The notes: generated by a model not told the origin, from the sequence alone. A DNA stretch of 64,000 nt from Candidatus Aenigmatarchaeota archaeon (GCA_039000425.1 JAWBPV010000004.1:9845-73844), one strand, 5' to 3'. Positions 44,257 through 52,448 are shown, counted from the first letter of the stretch. Numbers and translations: made by a program.

Positions 44257-45497
44257 TGAAATCTCAATCAAGTTTGTTGGTTTTGATTTGTCTTATCGGT
44301 ATTTCTTTAATACTTTGGATCACTTCAGCATTTTTAGCGACAACTTCATCCCAGAGGGTTGTTCAAGAAACTATATTTTCCAAAATTTCAAAATATTTGG
44401 ATTACGTGAAGGGTTTCACGAGGAATGCCCTGATATTTTCTGTTCATGCTGAAAGTAAGCGAATTGCAAGTCAAGGTGGTCAAACCAGTGATGCTGGAAT
44501 TCCAAGGAGTTGGATTTGTAATGCTGAAGTTTCACCTAGTGTTGATGAAGTTAGGTTTTTCCTTTCAGAAGAAACTAAGATGGATTTGAACAAATATTTG
44601 AAAAATTTCAAACTTCAAGACTTGCCTGTAATAAACGTAACCAATTCAACTTGTGTTGATTACGATGTTGATGAAACTTCGGTACTTTCAGGAAAGAATG
44701 ATGAAGAATTCAAAGTTGGTTGTTATGGTAGTAAGATAAACATAAGTCTTGATGAAAATTTGGTGAGTTCATCGAATGAGGTTTACGAAGGAATAGAACA
44801 AAACAGGTTTTGGTACATGTACAGGATATTCAGGGAATGGGCTCCAGTCGCTACGCAAATATTAGTCGGCGGTACGTGTAGTTGTTTATCGAAAATTTGC
44901 TCTTGTGGTAATTCTGATTATTCTGGTGGCTGTATGCCATGTGCTTCTACTTGCCCTGGATTTCAAAACTGTTTGGAAAATGTGGTTGAAAATGCTAGGA
45001 AAGTTCTACAAAATTCTTTTGATGAATATGTTAGATGCAACGCAAGGTTGATAGGTTGTTACCATGAGCTTGAACCTTGCACCGGAGTTTTTGAATGCAT
45101 CGATTGGGAAAACGCACCAGCTTGCAATAATTGCTTAAGAGAAAATGCTGGTGAGCTGTGTTCTAAGCGCATTATCATGGAAAGACCAACTGTACAAGCT
45201 AAGCCCACTTTCTCAACAAGTTTTTCCAAAAACAAGCTAAGCTCAATTTATTTCTCCGATTCATGTTCATCTAAAAAATGTAAACTTTGGTATGAAACTA
45301 AGGGCTCTATGGAAGCTGTATTTTCATGTACGGATGAAAAATACTTACTCTCTGTTTCAGGGGACAGACATTTGATGTTCAGCGTTCATGCAATGGCAAA
45401 ACTGAGGGCGATAAGATGTTATTATGAAAGACCTTGTGTCGAATCTGATGGCGATTGCGTATGTCCTCCTGGTTCTTGGTGTACTGAATGTGAATGA
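44256..45497 (+). CDS. pilin-signal protein with Cys-rich ectodomain
   Basis: ATG 44256 overlaps the upstream stop (TGATG). MKSQSSLLVLICLIGISLILWITSAF. Cys clusters such as CSCLSKICSCGNSDYSGGCMPCASTCPGFQNC. Confidence 0.65.
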   Translation: MKSQSSLLVLICLIGISLILWITSAFLATTSSQRVVQETIFSKISKYLDYVKGFTRNALIFSVHAESKRIASQGGQTSDAGIPRSWICNAEVSPSVDEVRFFLSEETKMDLNKYLKNFKLQDLPVINVTNSTCVDYDVDETSVLSGKNDEEFKVGCYGSKINISLDENLVSSSNEVYEGIEQNRFWYMYRIFREWAPVATQILVGGTCSCLSKICSCGNSDYSGGCMPCASTCPGFQNCLENVVENARKVLQNSFDEYVRCNARLIGCYHELEPCTGVFECIDWENAPACNNCLRENAGELCSKRIIMERPTVQAKPTFSTSFSKNKLSSIYFSDSCSSKKCKLWYETKGSMEAVFSCTDEKYLLSVSGDRHLMFSVHAMAKLRAIRCYYERPCVESDGDCVCPPGSWCTECE

Positions 45498-47039
45498 TCA
45501 TCTTTCTAGTATGAAAGTTTTTTTATGTAAAGGTATTTCTCTTACATGTTGGATGAGCATTTCTCTCTTATCACCAACACCAACAATTCCATCCTCTTCC
45601 AACATCTTCTTAACCCTTTCAAGCTTCCTGGATTTTTCAGCGTAAACTGTTAGCAATTTTTCTCCTTTTAAGACTTTATCGTTAAGTTTTTTGTAAAGTA
45701 TCAAACCAGCTCCTTTATCTTTAGGTGCACCAGCAGCTCTTGCTAATTCATTTATCAAAGCATTGTTCAACCATAAAACAATTCCACTTTTTTCTGAGAT
45801 CAAATCGAACTTATGTGAACCGACTTCTATTTCTTCAGGTCTTACTTTTTCATTTCCGCCTTGGGCAGCTATTATCTCCCTCATCTTCTTCTCAGCTTTG
45901 CCCGATTTCAAGATCTGGACAGCTAAATCGTAGCCATTTTTCTTCCCAACCATTTCAAGAAGAATTCCTGCGATGTGGGCGGCTTTATCTATGAGATCTT
46001 GAACTTTCCTTCCCATCAAAACTTCAAGAGCTTCTTTTGCTTCGAGTGAAGGCCCAACGGCATAACCCAAAGGTTGCTCACCATCTGTTATAGCACACTG
46101 TGTTTTAATACCGAGCCTCTCACCAAGTTCGATGAACTCTTTTGCTAACAAATTCGCATCACCTATAGTTTTAACTTTAGCTCCTCTTCCAGTTGGTATG
46201 TCTACTACCAAGAACTTAGCACCCACAGCTTTTTTCTTGGCCATTATCGAAGGTAAGAGTAAAGGATCTATTGTTAAAGGATATTCAGCTTGGATGAAAA
46301 TATCGTCTGCTGGAGCCAGATGTAAAGCACCACCCCAAGCTATGCATCCATTGGTTTTTTCAACAACTTTTTCCATTTCTTCTGTTGTTAGGCTTACGTT
46401 CATGAGACATTCGGCTCTATCCGCGGTTCCCGCTGCTCCGGTTATCGCTCTAGAAGAAGTTTTTGGTATGGCTAAGCCCGCAGCAGCTACTATCGGCACG
46501 ACTAGAAGAGTTGTTTTATCTCCGGGAATACCTCCGATGCTATGTTTATCAACTATCACCTTCTTTTTCAAATTAAGTTTCTTACCAGTTTCAACCATCG
46601 CTAAAGATAAATACGCAGCCTCATCCAAATCCAAGCCTTTAGTCTCCAGAGCTACTACGAAAGAAGCTATTTCACCTTCGCTTAAATTTCCCTCAACAAC
46701 ATCTTTAACTATTTCAAGAATTTCTTCATAGTTTAATTTTTTGCCTTTTAGCTTGTTCTTTATGTGTTGTAGGGATGAGGGAAACTTTGCGACATCAACT
46801 TCCACTTCAGTTCGTTCTTTCAAACCTAGAATTTTAGCAACGTTTTCCGTTACGCCTATTTCATTTTCTTCCACTATTTCCGTTGTAACGTTTGTTATCG
46901 CAGTTAACTTTTTATCCCCAAATTTAACTACAACCCTCGAAAGCCCTCTTATTCCAAGATCTTCTGCATCTTCCTTGTTGATTATCACTATAGGTTTTCC
47001 ACCAGTCTCCAATTTTAAAAACTTAACTTTCAGTTTCAT
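45498..47039 (-). CDS. deoA: AMP phosphorylase (thymidine phosphorylase family)
   Basis: Start at MKLKVKFLKLETGG. HSIGGIPGDKTTLLVVPIVAAAGLAIPKTSSRAITGAAGTAD, WGGALHLAPADD and IDPLLLPSIMAKK closely match archaeal AMPpase as I recall it from Thermococcus. Confidence 0.85.
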   Translation of the reverse strand: MKLKVKFLKLETGGKPIVIINKEDAEDLGIRGLSRVVVKFGDKKLTAITNVTTEIVEENEIGVTENVAKILGLKERTEVEVDVAKFPSSLQHIKNKLKGKKLNYEEILEIVKDVVEGNLSEGEIASFVVALETKGLDLDEAAYLSLAMVETGKKLNLKKKVIVDKHSIGGIPGDKTTLLVVPIVAAAGLAIPKTSSRAITGAAGTADRAECLMNVSLTTEEMEKVVEKTNGCIAWGGALHLAPADDIFIQAEYPLTIDPLLLPSIMAKKKAVGAKFLVVDIPTGRGAKVKTIGDANLLAKEFIELGERLGIKTQCAITDGEQPLGYAVGPSLEAKEALEVLMGRKVQDLIDKAAHIAGILLEMVGKKNGYDLAVQILKSGKAEKKMREIIAAQGGNEKVRPEEIEVGSHKFDLISEKSGIVLWLNNALINELARAAGAPKDKGAGLILYKKLNDKVLKGEKLLTVYAEKSRKLERVKKMLEEDGIVGVGDKREMLIQHVREIPLHKKTFILER

Positions 47040-47317
47040 TTCATCACACATTTTCCGTTTTCACATACACAATATAAATTTGGTTTCGGAGATGGAATTT
47101 TTGGACATATCACATGTTTAGGACATTCTTGCTCGACGAAAACTTTCTTATTCACACATTCCCATTTCGCCCCAGCTTCTTCTGTACAGCAATTAGTTAT
47201 CTTCCATTCACACTCATTATCTAAAATACAAAAGTTCTTAGTCAATTTACTGAAAAATATGATTAAGAAAGCTGCTCCAAAAAATAGGATTAAAGTTAAA
47301 ATTTGTCTCATTTCCAT
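47036..47317 (-). CDS. small secreted Cys-rich protein embedded in the AMP-salvage operon
   Basis: 93 aa. Signal/anchor ILTLILFFGAAFLIIFF, then 10 Cys (CILDNECEWKITNCCTEE...CVCENGKC). ATGA overlap with deoA and a 10-nt overlap with the rbcL stop. Confidence 0.55.
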   Translation of the reverse strand: MEMRQILTLILFFGAAFLIIFFSKLTKNFCILDNECEWKITNCCTEEAGAKWECVNKKVFVEQECPKHVICPKIPSPKPNLYCVCENGKCVMK

Positions 47318-48528
47318 TCCTCCAAAGCAATCTTCAGTTCTTCATGAGTTTTGGCATACTCTTCCAAACTAACTCCATCGACCACAGCTTCAACAGCTTG
47401 TCTCATCGCTATAGCCCCACTCCTCGTACCGAGTCTATGCCCGTGGATTCCACCACCAGCTTGTATCACAACATCTTTTCCAAAAATTTCGAATATCTTT
47501 GGGATATCAACAGGAGAAATACCACCGGATGCAACTGGCATCACGACTTTAAATTTCCACATCTTCTCTTTCAAAACTTTACAATTTTCCACAACTTCTT
47601 CCTTTCCTTCGAACATTTTACCGAAAGCTGCACCTACATGAAACTGATCTATGCCAATCATCCTAACAAGTTTTGCCAAAACTTTCATGGAAATTCCGTG
47701 TTTTGGATTTTTCGTTATCGCAGCATGACCAGCCCTGTGTCCATGTATAACCAAATCGTAATCTTTATTCCTCAAAGTTTGTAAAGCAGACCATCCAACC
47801 ATGATAACATCAACCATAATATATTCATTTCCCATTTCTTCAACAAGTTTTGATCTTTTCACCATTTCTTCTGTTTCTGCGGTGACGTTTATCATATAAA
47901 CTTTCTTTTCTCCTGTTTCTCTTTCAGCCTTCTCTTTCATCTTTAAAGTTTTTTCCAATCTATTTTCAAATTTATTGAATTTTTGTCCACTCAAGTTTTC
48001 ATCATCTTTAACTATATCACAACCACCGACCCAAGCTTCGTAAGCAACTTTTGCATGTTCTTCAGTTTTAAGACCAATTTTAGGCTTGATGATAGTGCCT
48101 ATCAACGGCCTATCTTTCACTTTAAATATTTTCCTTATCCCATCGATTCCATACTTAGGGCCTTTAAAACTTCTCAGAATTTTCTCAGGGAAATTCACGT
48201 CCAAAAGCCTCAAATTTTTCAAATGTTTCATACCGAAAATATTTCCGGCTATACTGCTCAAGATGTTCGGCAAATTGCCGGGCTCGAAAAGTTCAACAGG
48301 ATAAGCAACTTTCACGAAATTTCCATTGATTTGAAAAACTTTGGCTGAAAGTTTTTTGATGTGAGGTTCTGTCGCGATTTCAGTCCAAGTTCCAGTACTA
48401 CTCTCAGCAGCCAGAGCACCAGCAGCTTTTTTCAACTTTACTCCTCTAACCGCCTCAACCCAGAATTCACATACCAAATCATCTTTATCCGGCAAATATT
48501 CCAAATCAAGATAGTCTTCGTATCTCAT
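47308..48528 (-). CDS. rbcL: ribulose-1,5-bisphosphate carboxylase, form III (archaeal type)
   Basis: 406 aa. ESSTGTWTE, IIKPKIGL, GGCDIVKDDENL (carbamylated-Lys motif), HGHRAGHAA, GGGIHGH. Confidence 0.85.
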   Translation of the reverse strand: MRYEDYLDLEYLPDKDDLVCEFWVEAVRGVKLKKAAGALAAESSTGTWTEIATEPHIKKLSAKVFQINGNFVKVAYPVELFEPGNLPNILSSIAGNIFGMKHLKNLRLLDVNFPEKILRSFKGPKYGIDGIRKIFKVKDRPLIGTIIKPKIGLKTEEHAKVAYEAWVGGCDIVKDDENLSGQKFNKFENRLEKTLKMKEKAERETGEKKVYMINVTAETEEMVKRSKLVEEMGNEYIMVDVIMVGWSALQTLRNKDYDLVIHGHRAGHAAITKNPKHGISMKVLAKLVRMIGIDQFHVGAAFGKMFEGKEEVVENCKVLKEKMWKFKVVMPVASGGISPVDIPKIFEIFGKDVVIQAGGGIHGHRLGTRSGAIAMRQAVEAVVDGVSLEEYAKTHEELKIALEEWK

Positions 48529-49343
48529 CTTATCATCTTAATTATTTTTTCTGGTTTGAAAATTCCTATATCTGTTATAACAGCCGTTACGCAATCCCAG
48601 GGAACTAGATCGAAAGCAGGGTTCCTAACTTTAACCCCCTTTATCTTCTTAGGTAGAACTTCATCAGCCGGTCTTTCTTCAAGTACGAATTTTTTCCTAG
48701 AATCGAACTTGAAATGGCTACCTACAACGTAAAAAGGCTTACCATGTCTCTTAGCTTCTTCAGCTATCAACCAACTCCCAACTTTATTCACAAAACCTTC
48801 TTTTCTTATAGCATCACTCCCAACTATAACCAAATCAGCATGATTAATCAAATGACCAACTGCTATGTCTTCTGCGATTGTAACAGGAATTTTCATCTTA
48901 GCCAACTCTCTAGCCGTTTTTATACCTTGCTTTAAAGGTCTCGTTATAGTGGCTAAGACAGAAATTTTCTTACCGCGCTTGAAAGCTTCTTTTATGACCG
49001 CTAAAGCTTCACCGGAATGGCAATGGGTTAATATTTTTTGCCCATCTTCTACGACTTTTTGACCTATTTCAGCTATCTTTTGAGTAGCTTCTTGCAATTC
49101 CTTTATCAATCTATCTATAGTTTGTATCTTCTTCTCTTTTTTCACGATTTCCAAACAATTGTGAAGTACTACAGCAGTTGGCCTCGCTCTTTCTAGTATC
49201 ATCGCCGCGACTTCGAACTTTAAGCCAAAACCATACTTTTTACAAAATCTTCTCAAGTAGTTCAAAGAATAAATAGCTATTTCTTTTGCACCCTGAACTT
49301 TAACGGACTTTATCCTTTCAGCAACCAAAGCAGGACTTTCCAT
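48525..49343 (-). CDS. ribose-1,5-bisphosphate isomerase (eIF-2B alpha/beta/delta-like, e2b2 family)
   Basis: 272 aa. ILTHCHSGEA, TRPLKQG, VIVGSDAIRKEGFVNKVGSWLIA, KPFYVVGSHFKFD. The specific function is inferred from the operon with rbcL and deoA. Confidence 0.7.
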   Translation of the reverse strand: MESPALVAERIKSVKVQGAKEIAIYSLNYLRRFCKKYGFGLKFEVAAMILERARPTAVVLHNCLEIVKKEKKIQTIDRLIKELQEATQKIAEIGQKVVEDGQKILTHCHSGEALAVIKEAFKRGKKISVLATITRPLKQGIKTARELAKMKIPVTIAEDIAVGHLINHADLVIVGSDAIRKEGFVNKVGSWLIAEEAKRHGKPFYVVGSHFKFDSRKKFVLEERPADEVLPKKIKGVKVRNPAFDLVPWDCVTAVITDIGIFKPEKIIKMIR

Positions 49344-49375
49344 ATTTATTCAAATTATCTTCCAAAATTAAAAAT

Positions 49376-50020
49376 GTGAATCTGGAAAAAAAGAGGAAAG
49401 AGATGATAGAGTTTTTGGAGAAGTGTGGCTACGTAAAGTATCCTGCAGTGAAAAGAGCGATGTTGAAAGTTAAGAGAGAAGATTTCGTTTTACCTGAATG
49501 TAGAGAAATCGCTTATTCCAACACACCTTTGCCGATTCCAGGAGGTGTAACTATATCAGCGGAACACATGCATGCAATCTTCCTTTCAGCCTTGAATCTT
49601 AAAGCTGGTGATAAAGTGCTTGAAATAGGTGCAGGTTCAGGCATCTTGTTAGCTTACATGAAAGAAATTGTGGGAGAAAAAGGAGAGGTTTATGGTGTTG
49701 AGATAATTCCAGAAACTTATGAGTTTGCTAAGCAGAACTTGAAAAAAACTGGATATTGGAATAAAGTCAAACTTTTTTTAAGAGACGGTTCTAAAGGATT
49801 GCCGGAATTTGCACCTTTCGATAAAATAGTTTCCAGTGCTGCTCCTAGGGAAAGAATACCGAAAGCTTGGATAGATCAACTCAAGCCTGGAGGTATATTA
49901 ATCACACCCCTTGGACCACCTTATGAACAAGATCTGATTTACCTGGAAAAAAAGAAAGGAGGAGGGATGATGAAGAAGAATCTTGGACCAGTGATTTTCA
50001 CCGAGCTTGTAGAGAAATGA
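49376..50020 (+). CDS. pcm: protein-L-isoaspartate O-methyltransferase
   Basis: 214 aa, GTG start. VLEIGAGSGILLAYM SAM motif and QLKPGGILITPLG. Confidence 0.8.
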   Translation: MNLEKKRKEMIEFLEKCGYVKYPAVKRAMLKVKREDFVLPECREIAYSNTPLPIPGGVTISAEHMHAIFLSALNLKAGDKVLEIGAGSGILLAYMKEIVGEKGEVYGVEIIPETYEFAKQNLKKTGYWNKVKLFLRDGSKGLPEFAPFDKIVSSAAPRERIPKAWIDQLKPGGILITPLGPPYEQDLIYLEKKKGGGMMKKNLGPVIFTELVEK

Positions 50021-50033
50021 TTTTGAAAAGAGT

Positions 50034-50477
50034 TCATAAGCGTAGCGATCTTTTTATTTCTTCCGTCCATTTCTTAACATCTTCTTCTCTTTTTGGAATA
50101 GGATTTTTCATGTAATTTCCCATGTTTGGTATTATATTTCTTATCCCACCACTTGGATCTTCCACATCCCCAAACTTTCTGAAAATTACGTGATAATGAA
50201 GGTGAGGAACAGTTTGTCCTGCTAATTCACCTTGATTTAAACCGAAGTTATAATCTTTTAACCCAGTTTTTCTCTCGATGAGTTCAACCAAATAAACTTT
50301 CAATTTATGTAATTCTAGAACTTCACATTCTTTCAATTCCTTTTCCCTGGTAACATGTCGATTAGGAATTATTAGTAAATGGTAATCACTCACCGGCCAA
50401 AGTGAAAATAGAGCAGAAGCATGTTTTCCCCTGTACAAAATCCTTTCTTCTGGCAAATTACAAAACGGACAACTCAT
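50034..50477 (-). CDS. HIT family hydrolase/nucleotidyltransferase
   Basis: Start at ATG 50477 (MSCPFCNL...), because the longer ORF runs into tRNA-Trp. Histidine triad HLHYHVI. Confidence 0.75.
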   Translation of the reverse strand: MSCPFCNLPEERILYRGKHASALFSLWPVSDYHLLIIPNRHVTREKELKECEVLELHKLKVYLVELIERKTGLKDYNFGLNQGELAGQTVPHLHYHVIFRKFGDVEDPSGGIRNIIPNMGNYMKNPIPKREEDVKKWTEEIKRSLRL

Positions 50478-50515
50478 CGAATTTAATTGAAAAAGGAAAT
50501 ATTTAAAAGAGAGTG

Positions 50516-50616
50516 TGGGGTCGAGGGGATTTGAACCCCCACATACAGGTTTCTTCATCTCCATCAGAGCTCCATCGACTGGAGCCTGCTGTCCTACCTG
50601 GTTAGACGACGACCCC
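50516..50616 (-). tRNA. tRNA-Trp(CCA) with 28-nt intron at canonical 37/38
   Basis: Acceptor GGGGTCG/CGACCCC, anticodon stem GCAGG/CCTGT, loop CTCCAG..A, intron at 50551-50578, T arm GGGGG-TTCAAAT-CCCCT. Intron TGGAG pairs with CTCCA. Confidence 0.8.
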
Positions 50617-50672
50617 TAATTTTTATAATTTTTCATGTTTTATTAAATTATTGAAATTTAAAAGTTGGGATA

Positions 50673-51374
50673 ATGAACGGGTTAACACTTCCAAATCATC
50701 TAGGAATAATATTAGACGGAAATAGGAGATGGGCGATAGCCCATGGGCTGAAACCTTGGGAAGGTCATAGATATGGGGCGAAGAAATTCGAGGAATTCTT
50801 GAAATGGTGTGCAGAGCTTGGGATACCACAAGTTTCTGCTTATGTTTTATCTACAGAGAATCTTGACAGACCAAAGAAAGAGTTGGATGAACTTTTCAGA
50901 TTGCTTCATCGCTACCTAGAGAAATGGAGTAAGGATGAGAGCTTATTCGAAAAATATGAAATAAAAGTGAGGTTTATAGGTGATTTGAGTAGATTACCTC
51001 CAAGGCTTGTTAAGTTGATGGGTATAATAATGAGGAAAACAGCCAAATATCAGAAAAAGATTTTGAACGTGATGATAGCTTATGGAAGTAAATTCGAGTT
51101 GACCCATGCCATGAAGAAAATTTTAGAAAAGGCGATTAAAGTTGGTAGAATAGAAATTACGGAAAAAGATATAGAAGCTAACCTCCTAGTTCCTGTTCCG
51201 ATAGATTGTTTAATCCGTACTGGAGGGGAGAAAAGACTTTCAAATTTTCTTTTATGGCAAGCGGCTTACGCTGAGCTGATATTCATCGATAAATTTTGGC
51301 CAGATTTCTCAAAAGAGGATTTAATTCGGTGCATCGAAGAATTTAACAGAAGGCAGAGAAGATTTGGTAGGTAA
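50673..51374 (+). CDS. uppS: cis-prenyltransferase (undecaprenyl/di-trans,poly-cis-polyprenyl diphosphate synthase)
   Basis: 233 aa. HLGIILDGNRRWA, STENLDRP, IRTGGEKRLSNFLLWQAAYAEL. Confidence 0.9.
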   Translation: MNGLTLPNHLGIILDGNRRWAIAHGLKPWEGHRYGAKKFEEFLKWCAELGIPQVSAYVLSTENLDRPKKELDELFRLLHRYLEKWSKDESLFEKYEIKVRFIGDLSRLPPRLVKLMGIIMRKTAKYQKKILNVMIAYGSKFELTHAMKKILEKAIKVGRIEITEKDIEANLLVPVPIDCLIRTGGEKRLSNFLLWQAAYAELIFIDKFWPDFSKEDLIRCIEEFNRRQRRFGR

Positions 51375-51381
51375 TTCTGGA

Positions 51382-52428
51382 ATGAAGGATTTTGATGTTG
51401 TGATAATTGGTGGAGGTCCTGCTGGTTGTAGGACTGGTGAAAAAATTGCTAAGAAGGGATACGAAGTTTTAATCTTGGAAGAACATCCAAAAATAGGAGA
51501 GCCTGTTCAGTGCACGGGTTTGGTTAGTAAAAAGATAGGAAAGATTCCAAAAAAGTTGATATCGAATAGGATTAAGAGAGCTAGATTCTTTTGTGGAAAA
51601 GAGTATTTCGAAGTTGAATCGAAAGAAGATATGTTAGTTATCGATAGGAAAGGCTACGATGCTTGGTTAGCTGAAAGGGCTGAAGATGCTGGATGTAAAA
51701 TAATGACATCTTCAAGATTTCTCGATTTTAAGAATAGCTTTGTTATCACGAACAAAAGCAAGTTTAAAACCAAGCTTCTGGTAGGAGCAGATGGTCCGAA
51801 CTCAAGCGTAGCCAAAGTAAATGGGATAAAACTTCCAGAGAAGATATTATTAGCTTTACAAGTCAAGGTTGAGTCAAGTTTTGATGAGAATACAGTGGAG
51901 CTCCATTTTGGAAAAGGAATAGCTCCCGGTTCTTTTGCTTGGGTTGTTCCTGAAGATGAGAAAACAGCAAGAGTTGGTTTGATGTGTAAGAAAGATCCGA
52001 ACGAATATTTGGAAAAATTCCTTAATTTGAGGTTTGGGGAAGTTGAGTATTATGAAAAAGTTGGAGATATCGTGAGGTATGGTTTGATAAAAGAGTCCGT
52101 TAGCGATAAAGTGCTTCTAGTCGGTGATGCTGCATCTCAAGTAAAACCTTTTTCAGCCGGAGGCCTAGTTTACAACAAAATTTGTGCTGAAATAGCGAGT
52201 AAGGCTGTGATCAAGGCTTTGAAAGAAGAAAATTTCTCTAAAAGTTTTTTGATCGAAAATTACGACAAAATATGGAAAAAGGAGTTGAGTTTATCTATAA
52301 GGGAAGGGATGTTGATGAAAACAATTTTTGAGAAAATTTCTGATTTCCCCCTAACTTTTAAGTTGATAAGGGAATTGAAACTGGAAAATTTAGCTAGATT
52401 TTTAGATGTAGATTTTTTATTGAAATAA
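51382..52428 (+). CDS. geranylgeranyl reductase family flavoprotein
   Basis: ATG 51382. FDVVIIGGGPAGC FAD motif, LLVGADGPNSSVA, LLVGDAASQVKPFSAGG. Confidence 0.8.
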   Translation: MKDFDVVIIGGGPAGCRTGEKIAKKGYEVLILEEHPKIGEPVQCTGLVSKKIGKIPKKLISNRIKRARFFCGKEYFEVESKEDMLVIDRKGYDAWLAERAEDAGCKIMTSSRFLDFKNSFVITNKSKFKTKLLVGADGPNSSVAKVNGIKLPEKILLALQVKVESSFDENTVELHFGKGIAPGSFAWVVPEDEKTARVGLMCKKDPNEYLEKFLNLRFGEVEYYEKVGDIVRYGLIKESVSDKVLLVGDAASQVKPFSAGGLVYNKICAEIASKAVIKALKEENFSKSFLIENYDKIWKKELSLSIREGMLMKTIFEKISDFPLTFKLIRELKLENLARFLDVDFLLK

Positions 52429-52448
52429 TCCATTGCAAGGCGAATAAG

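Noticed and set aside
21368-45497. Genomic island or integrated mobile element carrying the surface-protein genes
   Set aside because: No integrase, transposase, flanking direct repeats or tRNA-adjacent att-like duplication is visible. Base composition looks the same as in the housekeeping flanks.
46132-46731. 199-aa plus-strand ORF, along with 45725-45994 and 46741-47121
   Set aside because: These are shadow ORFs antisense to the strongly supported AMP phosphorylase gene. Their composition is Ser/Pro/Ala-rich with no motifs.
50478-50564. Longer HIT-protein start (50564), and similarly the longer start of the membrane protein at 60906
   Set aside because: Both extensions run into tRNA genes (Trp and Val). 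Internal ATGs at 50477 and 60849 give sensible N-termini.
50551-50578. Box C/D guide RNA inside the tRNA-Trp intron
   Set aside because: Only weak C-like (CUGAUGG) and D-like (CUGA) matches occur, and 28 nt is too short to hold C, D', C' and D boxes plus guides.
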